The notes under the pieces are model-generated. The model ran no database searches and was not told the origin of the DNA. It worked only from the letters and a program-made list of their open reading frames with translations. Position numbers and translations under genes: made by a program. From positions 124,001 through 188,000 of the forward strand of contig NZ_BAABFP010000008.1 in assembly GCF_039541115.1 (NCBI RefSeq): a stretch of DNA of 64,000 bases. The letters are read 5' to 3'. This document shows, piece by piece, positions 1 through 9,743 of the stretch. The first letter of the stretch is position 1. Every line of letters starts with the position of its first letter. Origin of the DNA: Angustibacter luteus. Lineage in GTDB: Bacteria > Actinomycetota > Actinomycetes > Actinomycetales > Angustibacteraceae.

Positions 1-1183
1 GCCGGGACAGCGCGGCCGTCACCTCGGGGTCGAGCAGCCGGGCCAGCGCGGGGTGCACGTTCCAGTCGGAGGTCATGGCCCGGTACTCCGCGAGCACCGA
101 GTCCTTGGCCGGGGCCGTCGTCCGGGTGGCGCGGATCATGGCGTTGCGCGGGGTGTGCCGGGAGTCGACGAACTCGACCACGTCGACCCGGTAGCCGACC
201 ATCCGCAGCACCAGGGCGCGCAGCGAGTCGGTGAGGACGTCGGCGAAGCGCTCGCGCAGGATCGGGTGCCGGGCCACCGCGCCGTACGGATTGGGCGCCC
301 CGGGGCCGGCGGCGAGCTGCCGCTGGACGTCGTGGTGGCAGCAGGGCGCGGCGAGGACGACGGCCGACTCCCACCGCTTGGCCCGGGCGAGGGCGTCGTC
401 GGTGGCGGTGTCGCAGGCATGCAGCGCGAGGACCAGCACGGGCGGCTGCCCGCCGAAGGGGTCGGCGTCCCCGATCGCGCCGACCCGGAAGGTGAGGCCA
501 TCGAGACCGGCCTCGGCGGCCAGCCGGGTGTTGCGCTCGACGACGTCCGGGCGGATGTCGATGCCGACGGTCTGCACGTCGCCCAGCCGTTCGGCCAGGA
601 ACCGGTGCGCGGCGAAGGTGAGGTAGGCGTTGCCGCAGCCCAGGTCGACCACCCGGACCGGCCGGTCGGTCGGCAGCTTGTCCAGCGTGGGCTCGAGCAG
701 GCGCAGGAACGCGTCCACCTGCCGGCGCTTGTCGCCGTCCGCGCCGAGCACCCGGAACAGCGGGTCGTCCGGCGAGACCAGCCGCTGGCGGACCCGGTCG
801 TGCGAGCGCACCTCGACGACCCGGCGGCTGGCCGGCGCCCGGTGCACCTGCGCGGCACCCTTCTTGGTGACCCGCAGCTGCACGGTCTCGTCGACGGTCT
901 CGACGTGCCAGTTGCCGAACGGCTCGGCCAGCAGCGCGTCCACGGTGGCCGCGGCGGCGCCGTACGGGGTGTTGCGGGTCGTCGCGGCGCGCCCGTCGTG
1001 CGTGACGACCTGCAGGACGCGGCCGCTCTTCAGGTCGACCGGCCGCAGCTCGGCGCGCGTCACGGACGGGTGCGCGGTGCGGCGGCGGCCGGCCGCGACG
1101 GCCCGGACGAGCTTGTCGGGGTCGAGCAGGGCGGGCCGCAGCTGGGCCAGGGCGTCGTCGAGGTCGAGCACGTCGTCCATCAT
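1..1183 (-). CDS. Class I SAM-dependent methyltransferase (Methyltrans_32-like), 3' end outside the window
   Basis: Not in the ORF track because it runs off the edge. Manual reverse translation gives MMDDVLDLDDALAQLRP..., the SAM motif VVDLGCGNAYLTF and LHACDTATDDAL...APCCHH. Confidence 0.85.
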   Translation of the reverse strand, partial: MMDDVLDLDDALAQLRPALLDPDKLVRAVAAGRRRTAHPSVTRAELRPVDLKSGRVLQVVTHDGRAATTRNTPYGAAAATVDALLAEPFGNWHVETVDETVQLRVTKKGAAQVHRAPASRRVVEVRSHDRVRQRLVSPDDPLFRVLGADGDKRRQVDAFLRLLEPTLDKLPTDRPVRVVDLGCGNAYLTFAAHRFLAERLGDVQTVGIDIRPDVVERNTRLAAEAGLDGLTFRVGAIGDADPFGGQPPVLVLALHACDTATDDALARAKRWESAVVLAAPCCHHDVQRQLAAGPGAPNPYGAVARHPILRERFADVLTDSLRALVLRMVGYRVDVVEFVDSRHTPRNAMIRATRTTAPAKDSVLAEYRAMTSDWNVHPALARLLDPEVTAALSR

Positions 1184-1220
1184 CACCGATCCCAGCGACC
1201 CTCCGCGCATCCCCAATCTT

Positions 1221-1271
1221 CTTTGCAAAGGAGTCTTGGCAAAGAAGTCTTTGCAAAGTAGCTTTGGCACC
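1221..1271 (+). promoter_or_regulatory. Leaderless sigma70-type promoter overlapped by three operator palindromes (CTTTGCAAAG, 14-bp period)
   Basis: TTGGCA(1236-1241)-N17-TAGCTT(1259-1264)-N7-ATG(1272). Operator copies are CTTTGCAAAG at 1221, CTTGGCAAAG at 1235 and CTTTGCAAAG at 1249. Confidence 0.75.
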
Positions 1272-1910
1272 ATGAACGAGACCCCCGACGGCAGCCAGCA
1301 GCCCGAGCCGGCCCAGGACCCCCAGGAGCTGCGGCTGGACGCCCGCACCCTGCGCGGCCTGGCCCACCCGCTGCGGGTGCGCATCCTCGGCATGCTGCGC
1401 CGCGACGGCGCCGCCACCGCGACCGGACTGGCCGAGAAGCTCGGCCAGTCCAGCGCCGCGACCAGCTACCACCTGCGCCAGCTCGCCGAGTACGGCTTCA
1501 TCGTCGAGGTCGAGGAGCTCGGCCAGGGCCGGGAGCGGTACTGGAAGTCGGCCAGCCGGTCGACGACGCTGGACGTCGGCGCCTACGTCACCGACCCCGA
1601 GCTGGCCGCGAACACGGAGACCTACCTGCGGGCCGTCACCCGGATGTCCGCGGACCTGGTGCAGAGCCACCTGGACGAGAAGGTCGCGCTGCCGGGCCAC
1701 TGGCAGTCCGCCGGCACGTTCAACGACATCCGGCTGCGCCTGACCCCCGACCAGGCCGACGAGCTCGCCGAGCGCATGTGGGCGCTGGTCAACGAGTACC
1801 CGCGCGCTGACGAGCTCGCGCCGCCGGTGGACGACACCGACCCGGGCGAGGCCCTGCGCCCCGTCGACGTCCAGCTCAACGTCTTCCCGGTCCCTGGGGA
1901 CGCGCGATGA
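1272..1910 (+). CDS. ArsR/SmtB-family winged-helix transcriptional regulator
   Basis: LRGLAHPLRVRIL...TATGLAEKLGQSSAATSYHLRQLAEYGFI is an HTH_20-type motif. ATGA overlap with the downstream MFS. Confidence 0.9.
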   Translation: MNETPDGSQQPEPAQDPQELRLDARTLRGLAHPLRVRILGMLRRDGAATATGLAEKLGQSSAATSYHLRQLAEYGFIVEVEELGQGRERYWKSASRSTTLDVGAYVTDPELAANTETYLRAVTRMSADLVQSHLDEKVALPGHWQSAGTFNDIRLRLTPDQADELAERMWALVNEYPRADELAPPVDDTDPGEALRPVDVQLNVFPVPGDAR

Positions 1911-3244
1911 GCCGGACGACGGCGCCCGCCCGCGCCTCCCTGCGCCCGATGATCGCGCTGCTGACCGCGTACGGCATCTCGCTGGTCGGCACCCGGCTCT
2001 CGATGATCGCGCTGCCGCTCTTCGTGCTGGCCACCACCGGCTCCCCCACCCGCACCGGCTTCGTCGCGATGGCCGAGATGGCGCCGTACGTCCTGGCCCA
2101 GGCACTGTCCGGTCCGGTGACCGACCGGGTCGGGCCACGCCGGATGAGCATCACGTCCGACCTGGTCAGCGTCGTCGTGGTCGGCCTGATCCCGGTGCTG
2201 CACCAGGCCGGGATGCTGCACTTCAGCACCCTGGTCGCGTTGGTCGCGGTAGCCGGTGCGGTCCGTGGGCCGGGCGACAGCGCCAAGTACGTGCTCGCCC
2301 CGGCCGTGGCGAAGGCCGCCGGCCAGCCCAACGAGCGCGTGCTCGGCCTCGAGGACGGGATCGGCCGCGCCGCCACCGTGATCGGGCCGCTCGCCGCCGC
2401 CGCGCTGGTCACCCTGGTCGGCGCACCAACCGCCATCGCGCTGGATGCCGCGACGTTCGCCGTCGCCGCCCTCGTGTTCGTCGTCGCGCTGCGGCCGAGC
2501 GAGGCGAGCGGTGCCGGCAGTGCCGCCGAGGACGCTGCGGACAGCGCCGACCCGTACTTCTCCCGGCTGCGCGCCGGCGCCCGGTTCGTCTGGGACGACG
2601 GCCTGCTGCGCGCCATCGTCGGCATGGTCGCGGTCACCAACATGATCGACGCGGCCATGGCCGGCGTGCTGATCGCCGTCTGGGCCCAGCACCAGGGTGG
2701 CGGCGCCGGGCTGATGGGGGCCACCGCCGCCGTGATGTCGGTCGGGGCCCTGCTGGGCGCCCTGTTCGCGGCGGCCGCCGGGCACCGGCTTCCCCGCCGG
2801 ATGGCCTTCGCCATCGGCTTCTTCGGGATCGGGGCACCCCGTTTCGCCGTGCTCGGCCTGGACGCGCCCCTGTGGCTGGTGTTCGCCGTGCTGTTCGTGG
2901 GCGGCCTGGGCTGCGGGCTGATCAACCCGATCCTCGGCGCCGTGCAGATGGAGCGGGTGCCCGAGCCGATGCGGGCCCGGGTGATGTCCCTGATCAACGC
3001 GGCCTGCTGGTGCCTGATCCCCCTCGGCGGCGTGTTCGGCGGCGTGCTCGCCACGAAGTTCGGCATCAGCACGGCCCTGCTGGTGTGCGGCGCCATCTAC
3101 CTGGTGGCGACCACCCTGCCGCTGGTCCGGCCGGAGTGGGCCCAGCTGAACCGCCCGCCGGCGGCCGTCCCTGAGCACGTCCCGGATGCACTTTCGCCCG
3201 AGATGGCCGATCATGGCGTGACCTTCGACGCGCCCGCTCGTTAG
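1907..3244 (+). CDS. MFS transporter (DHA3/macrolide-efflux-like)
   Basis: About 12 hydrophobic segments, motif A GPVTDRVGPRR, C-terminal VPEPMRARV. Confidence 0.9.
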   Translation: MSRTTAPARASLRPMIALLTAYGISLVGTRLSMIALPLFVLATTGSPTRTGFVAMAEMAPYVLAQALSGPVTDRVGPRRMSITSDLVSVVVVGLIPVLHQAGMLHFSTLVALVAVAGAVRGPGDSAKYVLAPAVAKAAGQPNERVLGLEDGIGRAATVIGPLAAAALVTLVGAPTAIALDAATFAVAALVFVVALRPSEASGAGSAAEDAADSADPYFSRLRAGARFVWDDGLLRAIVGMVAVTNMIDAAMAGVLIAVWAQHQGGGAGLMGATAAVMSVGALLGALFAAAAGHRLPRRMAFAIGFFGIGAPRFAVLGLDAPLWLVFAVLFVGGLGCGLINPILGAVQMERVPEPMRARVMSLINAACWCLIPLGGVFGGVLATKFGISTALLVCGAIYLVATTLPLVRPEWAQLNRPPAAVPEHVPDALSPEMADHGVTFDAPAR

Positions 3245-3325
3245 GCAGGTCGAGCCCCGGGGGTGGGGTGTGCCGAGACGACGACGGAGGCTTCAGCAGT
3301 GAGCGCCCATCGAGAGTGCAGGACC

Positions 3326-4591
3326 GTGCGGATCCGGTGGCGGCAGGCCGTCGCGCTCGTCCCGGCCGTCGTGCTCGCGGCCAGCGGCATCGCCCTCGCC
3401 TGGTCCGGTCCGCACGGCGCGCACCAGCTCAGCCTCCCGCCGGTGCCCGGCGCGGCGCTCGCCCAGCCCGACCGCAGCGGCAGTGTCCAGCCGGCCGGCT
3501 CCGGCGCGGCCGACCCGGGCGCCGCGCCCGGCGTCGCCCCCGGCCTGGACCTGCCGAACGGCGTGTCCCCCGGCAGCGCGCAGCTGGTCCGGCTGGACGC
3601 CCTGGGCATCCCCCGACCCGCCCTGGCCGCCTACCAGCTGGCCGCGCGGCTGGTCGACCAGGCCGACCCGGCCTGCCACATCGACTGGCCGCTGGTCGCC
3701 GCGATCGGCCGCGTCGAGAGCAACCACGCGCGGTTCGGCGGCAACGCCCTCGACGCCCAGGGCATCGCCCGCCCCGGGATCATCGGGCTGCCGCTCAACG
3801 GCTCCAACGGGACGGCGCGGATCACCGACACGGACGACGGGCGCTGGGACCGCGACACCACCTACGACCGCGCGGTCGGCCCCATGCAGTTCATCCCCGG
3901 CACCTGGCGGATCGTCGGCGCGGACGCCGACGGGGACGGCGCGCGCAACCCGCAGGACATGAACGACGCCGCGACGGCCACCGCGATCTACCTGTGCAGC
4001 GGCCCGGGCGACCTGCGCCGCGACAGCGACCTCTACGGCGCGATCAAGCGGTACAACAACTCCGACACCTACGTGCGCACCGTGATCGCCATCGCCGACG
4101 CGTACCGGCACGGCGTCGCCGAGCTGCCGGCGGCGAGCCTGCCCGCAGCGCACCAGGGCAGCGGGGCCGGGCCGGACGTCGAGGCCGCGGGTGCGCGTCC
4201 GGCCGCGACCACCACGACCGACCGCGCCGCGGGCTCGGGCTCTGGTGCTGCGCCGACCGCTGGCAGCGGCTCCGGCGGCTCGGGCTCCGGCAGCACCGGT
4301 GGCTCGGCCGGCCCGGGGTCGGGGCACAGCGGGAGCGGCGCGACCCTGCCCACGACCGCTCCGGGGCTCCCCGGCGTCGTCGGGTCGGTCGGTTCGGCGG
4401 CGTCGTCCGGTGTCTCGTCCGCCGTCAGCCTGGTCACCTCGGTGGTCACCCAGGTCGTCAAGCTCCCGACGCCCATCGTGACCACCACGACCCCGTGCAT
4501 CATCAACGTGCTCGGGATCAAGGTCTGCACGATCACGACGATCTCCAGCACGACCACCACGAAGACGACGACGAGCACCCACCGGCCGTAG
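3326..4591 (+). CDS. Secreted lytic transglycosylase (SLT/MltB-like) with Gly/Ser/Thr-rich C-terminal tail
   Basis: Signal peptide, AAIGRVESNH (catalytic Glu), AVGPMQFIPGTW and YNNS motifs. GTG start at 3326 is inferred. Confidence 0.85.
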   Translation: MRIRWRQAVALVPAVVLAASGIALAWSGPHGAHQLSLPPVPGAALAQPDRSGSVQPAGSGAADPGAAPGVAPGLDLPNGVSPGSAQLVRLDALGIPRPALAAYQLAARLVDQADPACHIDWPLVAAIGRVESNHARFGGNALDAQGIARPGIIGLPLNGSNGTARITDTDDGRWDRDTTYDRAVGPMQFIPGTWRIVGADADGDGARNPQDMNDAATATAIYLCSGPGDLRRDSDLYGAIKRYNNSDTYVRTVIAIADAYRHGVAELPAASLPAAHQGSGAGPDVEAAGARPAATTTTDRAAGSGSGAAPTAGSGSGGSGSGSTGGSAGPGSGHSGSGATLPTTAPGLPGVVGSVGSAASSGVSSAVSLVTSVVTQVVKLPTPIVTTTTPCIINVLGIKVCTITTISSTTTTKTTTSTHRP

Positions 4592-4601
4592 CCCGAGAAG
4601 C

Positions 4602-7600
4602 TCAGACCGGGCGCATGCTGGTGGTCGTCGCGGCCGCCGGGTGGTCCGGGTTGGCCGTGAAGTAGGCCTCGAGCATCTTCGTGGTGTTGGTGTAGCCGAG
4701 CAGCCGGTAGGCCTCGAAGTCGTACTCCCCGTAGAACTGGTTGCCGGTCGAGGTGATCGGGAACTCGCGGTTCTCCGCGGCGTACCCGTCGAGCTCGAGG
4801 TTCGGCTCGGCCGTCCGGATGTTCTTCACGAACCACACGTCGCTGACCACCGTGTCCGGGTCCTTGACCGTCGAGACGAGCAGGTGCATCCAGCCCTGGC
4901 TGGCCGGGCTCGGCAGCTCGACGCTGGTCTGCGAACCGCGCGGGATGACGTGCACGAGCTGGCTCGCGTTGCGACGCAGCATGAGCGCGGCGTCCTCGGG
5001 GCTGGGCCGGACGACCAGACCGAGATCCATCCGGGCCGTCACGATGGCGTCGCTGAGCGCGTCCAGGCTGTCCTGGGCGTCCGCCGACGCGTCCAGCACG
5101 AACAGCGTGCGGGGCATGTCCCGCAACGCCTCCACGATCGCCGTGTTGTCGTAGTGCCCGCCGTCGGTGACGTACACCTTGGTGTCGTCGATGGTCAGGC
5201 TGCCGAACGCCTCCCGGAAGATCCGCAGCGGGCCGGGGCGCACGGCCCGGCGCCAGAGCCAGAACGCTTGTCCCGCAACGCCGTCCGGCTTCGCGGCCAG
5301 CTTCGCTGCCGGGTTCACCAGGTACGGGTTGGGCAGCCACACGCCGAGCCTGGCGTTGGCCAGGGCCAGCAGCATCCGGTACGGCCGGACCCGTCCGTTC
5401 ATCCGCCCCACCCGCGGCGAGAAGGCCGCGGCGCTGGCCGCCATCGCCGCTGCGACGGTGGTGTCCAGGCCCTGCGGGTCGGACATCGCGGAGTACGCGT
5501 CGGCGGGCTGCATGCGGCCGCTGGGCAGCCGGGAGTCGCTGATGCCGATCAGCCCACCCGCGACCGGCGCGCCGTCCAGCACGCCGTCCCCGGTCCGGAA
5601 CTGGAACGGCGCGCAGCCGCGCGCGGCTGGGACGTAGTCCCGGTCCGAGATGTTCACCGTGCAGCACACGCACAGCTCCGGGCCGGACTCGGCGCCGTTC
5701 GCCGACACGTGGGTCGGCGTCTGGTACGGCAGCGGTTGTGCCTTGGAACCGGTGCGGCGCACCAGGAACGAGTCGGAGAGCCGCTCACGGTAGAAGGGGT
5801 GCAGCGAGCTGAGCATCGCGTCGCTGAACAGCCGGATCGCCAGCACGACGCCGATGGCGGCCAGCTCGACCTTGTGGTCGAGCAGCCGCTCGGGGTAGAG
5901 CAGGTTGTCCCGGACCAGCACCAGCAGCACGACGAACGCGGCCCCGATCACGATCAGGCCGGCCGCCCACGGCACCACCAGCCGTCGGAACACGTCGAGC
6001 AGGGCGCCGCGACGGGTCGTCGGCGAGCGGCTGGCCCCGGCCTTCAGCAGCCCACGGACCGCCGCCGCCAGGGCGACCACTGCGGTGAGCCAGGACGCCA
6101 GGGTGTCTGACAGGGAGCCGCCGCGGCCGCCGGGCCGGTCGTCGCAGAACGTGGGCACCGGCGTCTCGTCCGTCGGGTCGCACCACTGCCCGTGCTCGTT
6201 GGTGATCACGGCGCCGCCGGGTGCGAACACCACCGCGTCGTCCGTCCAGGTGCCACCGCAGCCGCTGTACGTGAACGGCACCGAGTCCTCCCGCTGCTTC
6301 GGGCTCGCGCGACCCCAGGCCAGCTCCGCCTCCGCGGTGAACTCGTCCTCCACCTTGGTCAGGCACCCGTCCGGCGTGGCGAGCCGGGACGCGGCCATCA
6401 CCTTGGCCACCAACGGGGTGGGCTTGTTGTTCAGCGTCGCGTTGTTGAGCACCACGACCAACCACGGCAGGACGATGATCAGCGCCCCGACAGCGAGACC
6501 GACGCTGACCAGCGTCTGGGTGGCACCGGCCAGGACCAGCCGCCCGCGCCCCAGGTACTTCGCCACGACCTTGGCGCCGACGAACAGCGCGAGCCCGAGG
6601 ATCAGGACACCCCAGCCGAACAGGAACCAGCCGCCGTGGTGGCCGTTCTCGGTGCTGAAGACCGCCTGCGACCCGTCCCCGAGGCAGGTCGCCGCACCGC
6701 CCGGGCCGCGAGCCGGGCAGACCACGGTGATCCGCTGGTGCACCCACCCGACGTACAGGGCCGCGCCGTACAACGAGACGCCGATCAGCGTGAGGTTGAC
6801 CGCGATGCCGTACAGGATCGACAAGATGCCCGACACCATCGTGGAACCCGTGGGGAGCAGGAACTTCGACCGGCGGCGCAGCCAGTCCTCCTCCGGCGAG
6901 CCCGGTTGGAAGAGCGACTCCTGCACGTCCGGGTCCTGGTCGCTGTGCCGCCGGGCCATGTGCAGCGCGGTCGCGATGTAGCCACCACCGCTCACGGCGT
7001 ACACCCGGTCGGCGTCGGCGTACAGCGAGCTGCCGCCGGTCCCGCTCTGCCGCAACCGTTGCAGGCCACCGAGGCAGAAGGCGGCGGACCGGATCCCCCC
7101 GCCCGAGCAGGCGATCGCGGTACCGCTGAACGCCGGCTTGTCGCCCATCGACGCGTCGAACCCCGAGGGCTGCGGCACGGGAGCCTGCGAGTCGTGGTCG
7201 GGGTCCGCGCGGCTGGGCTGCACCCGCAGCACGAGCAGGAACGAGCCGATCACGGCCAACGCCTGCAGGAGAAGGGACGTCGTCGCCGTCCCGGGCACGT
7301 CGAAGAACACCGCGACGAGCCCCGCGACCAGTCCCAGCCCGCTGATCAGGCACCAGATCGCCATGATCTGCGGCGCATCGGGCTTCGTCTGCACCTGCGG
7401 TCCTCGACCGCTGCGCAACCGCCCGTAGGCCACCACGAGCAGCCAGGCGACCAACGCCTCGAGCACCAGCACGAAGGGACGGTCGACGTCCTCGAGCGGG
7501 TCGTGCCCGACGGCCGGGGCGAGCAGGGCCGCGGCCACCACGGCCTTGAGCACCGGACGGCGGAAGGCCAGGAACCGCACGCGGGTCACGAGGGCGTGCT

Positions 7601-7709
7601 CGGCCGGCCCACCCGGCAGGGCCGGTGGCGGGGCCTGCGCGTCGAGCAGTGCGGCGTGCTCGCCGGCCGCCTTCAGGCGCGCCGAGAGCCGTCCCTGGTC
7701 CGGGCTCAT
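4602..7709 (-). CDS. Multi-pass membrane protein with patatin/cPLA2-like phospholipase domain
   Basis: SGGGIRSAAFCLG (oxyanion hole), AVSGGGY (catalytic Ser), TDGGHYDN (catalytic Asp), and many TM segments. Confidence 0.8.
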   Translation of the reverse strand: MSPDQGRLSARLKAAGEHAALLDAQAPPPALPGGPAEHALVTRVRFLAFRRPVLKAVVAAALLAPAVGHDPLEDVDRPFVLVLEALVAWLLVVAYGRLRSGRGPQVQTKPDAPQIMAIWCLISGLGLVAGLVAVFFDVPGTATTSLLLQALAVIGSFLLVLRVQPSRADPDHDSQAPVPQPSGFDASMGDKPAFSGTAIACSGGGIRSAAFCLGGLQRLRQSGTGGSSLYADADRVYAVSGGGYIATALHMARRHSDQDPDVQESLFQPGSPEEDWLRRRSKFLLPTGSTMVSGILSILYGIAVNLTLIGVSLYGAALYVGWVHQRITVVCPARGPGGAATCLGDGSQAVFSTENGHHGGWFLFGWGVLILGLALFVGAKVVAKYLGRGRLVLAGATQTLVSVGLAVGALIIVLPWLVVVLNNATLNNKPTPLVAKVMAASRLATPDGCLTKVEDEFTAEAELAWGRASPKQREDSVPFTYSGCGGTWTDDAVVFAPGGAVITNEHGQWCDPTDETPVPTFCDDRPGGRGGSLSDTLASWLTAVVALAAAVRGLLKAGASRSPTTRRGALLDVFRRLVVPWAAGLIVIGAAFVVLLVLVRDNLLYPERLLDHKVELAAIGVVLAIRLFSDAMLSSLHPFYRERLSDSFLVRRTGSKAQPLPYQTPTHVSANGAESGPELCVCCTVNISDRDYVPAARGCAPFQFRTGDGVLDGAPVAGGLIGISDSRLPSGRMQPADAYSAMSDPQGLDTTVAAAMAASAAAFSPRVGRMNGRVRPYRMLLALANARLGVWLPNPYLVNPAAKLAAKPDGVAGQAFWLWRRAVRPGPLRIFREAFGSLTIDDTKVYVTDGGHYDNTAIVEALRDMPRTLFVLDASADAQDSLDALSDAIVTARMDLGLVVRPSPEDAALMLRRNASQLVHVIPRGSQTSVELPSPASQGWMHLLVSTVKDPDTVVSDVWFVKNIRTAEPNLELDGYAAENREFPITSTGNQFYGEYDFEAYRLLGYTNTTKMLEAYFTANPDHPAAATTTSMRPV

Positions 7710-7805
7710 GTCACCCCCCGCCGGCGGTGTGGTTCCCCTCGCCAGTTATCCCACCGAGGTGATCATCTGTCTACGGCGGCGCGGATCCGGGGGTCGCTGC
7801 CGCGG

Positions 7806-7892
7806 TCAGCGCACCAGGGCGCCGACGACCGCGACCAGCACCAGGGCAGCCAGCGCGATGCTGACGACGAGGCGCCTGGTCCGGGGGGTCAC
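7806..7892 (-). CDS. Putative small single-TM protein (28 aa)
   Basis: GTG..TGA frame gives MTPRTRRLVVSIALAALVLVAVVGALVR. Nearly all codons end in G/C. Starts 10 nt after the MFS stop on the same strand. Confidence 0.55.
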   Translation of the reverse strand: MTPRTRRLVVSIALAALVLVAVVGALVR

Positions 7893-7902
7893 GCTGGCAA
7901 CT

Positions 7903-9228
7903 CTAGGCGGCGGAACGGGTGTCGGCCGCCTGGTCGGCGGCCATCCTGGCCCGGGCGAGCTCGCGCTCCGGGCCGGCGGGCTGCACCAGCAGGTGCGGCG
8001 TGCGGTCCAGCCGGTAGGTCACTCGCAGGTCCCGCTTGCGCACCACGTACGCCAGCGCCACCAACGCGGTCACGATGGACACGAGGCCGCCGAACCCGAT
8101 GGTCCAGCGCGGGCCGAGCGCGCTGCCGATCCAGCCGATGATCGGCGCGCCGATCGGCGTTCCGCCCATGAAGATCGCCATGTAGAGCGCCATCACCCGG
8201 CCGCGCATGTGCGGGGCAACGGACAGCTGGACGGTCGCGTTGGCGCTCGTCATCAAGGTCAGCGAGGACAGGCCGACCGGGATCAACGACAGCGCGAACA
8301 GCCCGTACGTCGGCATCAACGAGGAGATGGAGGCGAACACCCCGAAGGCCAGGGTGGCGCCGATGACCAGCCGCAGCCGCGGGCGCTCGCGCCGGGCGGC
8401 GAGCAGCGCGCCGGCCAGCGAGCCGATGGCCATGATCGACCCGAGCAGCCCGTACTCGCCCGACCCCTTGCCGAAGGCGCCGGTGGCCATGATCGCGGTG
8501 GTCATCTGGAAGTTCAGGCCGAAGGTGCCGACCAGGCACACGATGCTCATGATGAGCACCAGGTCGGGGCGGCGCTTCACGTAGCGCAGGCCCTCGCGCA
8601 GCTGGCCCTTGCCGCGCGGCGCGCGGTCAGCCGGGGTGAGCTCGCTGACCCGCATGCGCAGCAGCGACCCGATGACCGCGAGGAACGTGACCGCGTTGAT
8701 CAGGAACACCGGGCCGGTGCCGACCCAGGCGATCAGCAGGCCGGCGACGCCGGGGCCGATGATCCGGGCGGCGTGGAAGGACGCACTGTTCAGCCCCACC
8801 GCGTTGGACAGGTCCTCGCGCGGCACCATCTCGCTGACGAACGCCTGCCGGGCCGGTGAGTCGATGGCGGCGGCGATGCCGAGCGCGAAGGCGAGGGCGT
8901 AGGCGTGCCAGAGCTGGATGCTTCCGGTGACGACGAGCACGCCCGCGACGAGGCCGACGAGGCCCATGGCCGCCTGGGTGCCGATCAGCAGCCGGCGCTT
9001 GGGCAGCCGGTCGGCGAGCAGCCCGGCGAACGGGGCCAGCAGCAGCATCGGCGCGAACTGCAGACCGGTGGTGATGCCGACGGCGACCGCGGAGTGGTCG
9101 GTGAGGACCGTGAGGACGAGCCAGTCCTGGGCGACGCGCTGCATCCAGGTGCCGACGTTCGACACGATGGCGCCGGTGGCCCAGACGCGGTAGTTGAAGG
9201 TCCGCAGGGCGCGGAAGGTGGGGCTCAT
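7903..9228 (-). CDS. MFS transporter (MFS_3 / transmembrane secretion effector-like)
   Basis: VSNVGTWMQRVAQDWLVL and GLLADRLPKRR motifs, ~12 TM. Confidence 0.9.
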   Translation of the reverse strand: MSPTFRALRTFNYRVWATGAIVSNVGTWMQRVAQDWLVLTVLTDHSAVAVGITTGLQFAPMLLLAPFAGLLADRLPKRRLLIGTQAAMGLVGLVAGVLVVTGSIQLWHAYALAFALGIAAAIDSPARQAFVSEMVPREDLSNAVGLNSASFHAARIIGPGVAGLLIAWVGTGPVFLINAVTFLAVIGSLLRMRVSELTPADRAPRGKGQLREGLRYVKRRPDLVLIMSIVCLVGTFGLNFQMTTAIMATGAFGKGSGEYGLLGSIMAIGSLAGALLAARRERPRLRLVIGATLAFGVFASISSLMPTYGLFALSLIPVGLSSLTLMTSANATVQLSVAPHMRGRVMALYMAIFMGGTPIGAPIIGWIGSALGPRWTIGFGGLVSIVTALVALAYVVRKRDLRVTYRLDRTPHLLVQPAGPERELARARMAADQAADTRSAA

Positions 9229-9677
9229 GATGCGGCCAGCCGGGTCAGGATCGCCGCGGCCTGGGCCAGCACCTCGCGCTCGGCCGGGGTGGCCTCGGCC
9301 AGCCGCTTGGCCAGCCAGGCGTCCCGGCGCTTGCGCGTCTCGCGGACGACGGTGGCCCCCTGCTCGGTCAGGCTCACCAGGACCTGGCGCCCATCGGAGG
9401 GGTGGTCGGTCCGGCCGACCAGCCCGAGCTGCTCGAGCGCCGCGACGGTGCGGGTCATGGACGGCGGCTGGACCTTCTCGCGCGCGGCCAGCTCGCGTGG
9501 GGTCATCGGGCCCTGGACATCGAGGAAGGCCAGCACGGAGTACTGGCCGGGCGTGACGTCGTCCACGCTGCGCTCCTGGCGCAGTCGGCGGGAGGTGCGC
9601 ATGACGGCCATGCGCAGCTCGACCGCGAGGGACGCGATCGGGGTGCGGGTCGGGGTCGTGGGTGCTGGTGACATCAA
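9225..9677 (-). CDS. MarR-family regulator (Rv0880-like)
   Basis: TPRELAAREKVQPPSMTRTVAALEQLGLV...HPSDGRQVLVSLT. Overlaps the MFS start by 4 nt. Confidence 0.9.
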   Translation of the reverse strand: MMSPAPTTPTRTPIASLAVELRMAVMRTSRRLRQERSVDDVTPGQYSVLAFLDVQGPMTPRELAAREKVQPPSMTRTVAALEQLGLVGRTDHPSDGRQVLVSLTEQGATVVRETRKRRDAWLAKRLAEATPAEREVLAQAAAILTRLAAS

Positions 9678-9680
9678 CAG

Positions 9681-9706
9681 TTAGCCTATCTCATTACCTT
9701 TGCTAA
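9681..9706. promoter_or_regulatory. Probable MarR operator: two adjacent degenerate TTAGC-N3-GCTAA sites
   Basis: AT-rich TTAGCCTATCTCA TTACCTTTGCTAA lies immediately upstream of the marR start. The outer arms TTAGC...GCTAA form an inverted repeat. Confidence 0.5.
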
Positions 9707-9743
9707 GGATCCAGGGGTGTCAACGTCGAACGCGCCGCGCGGT

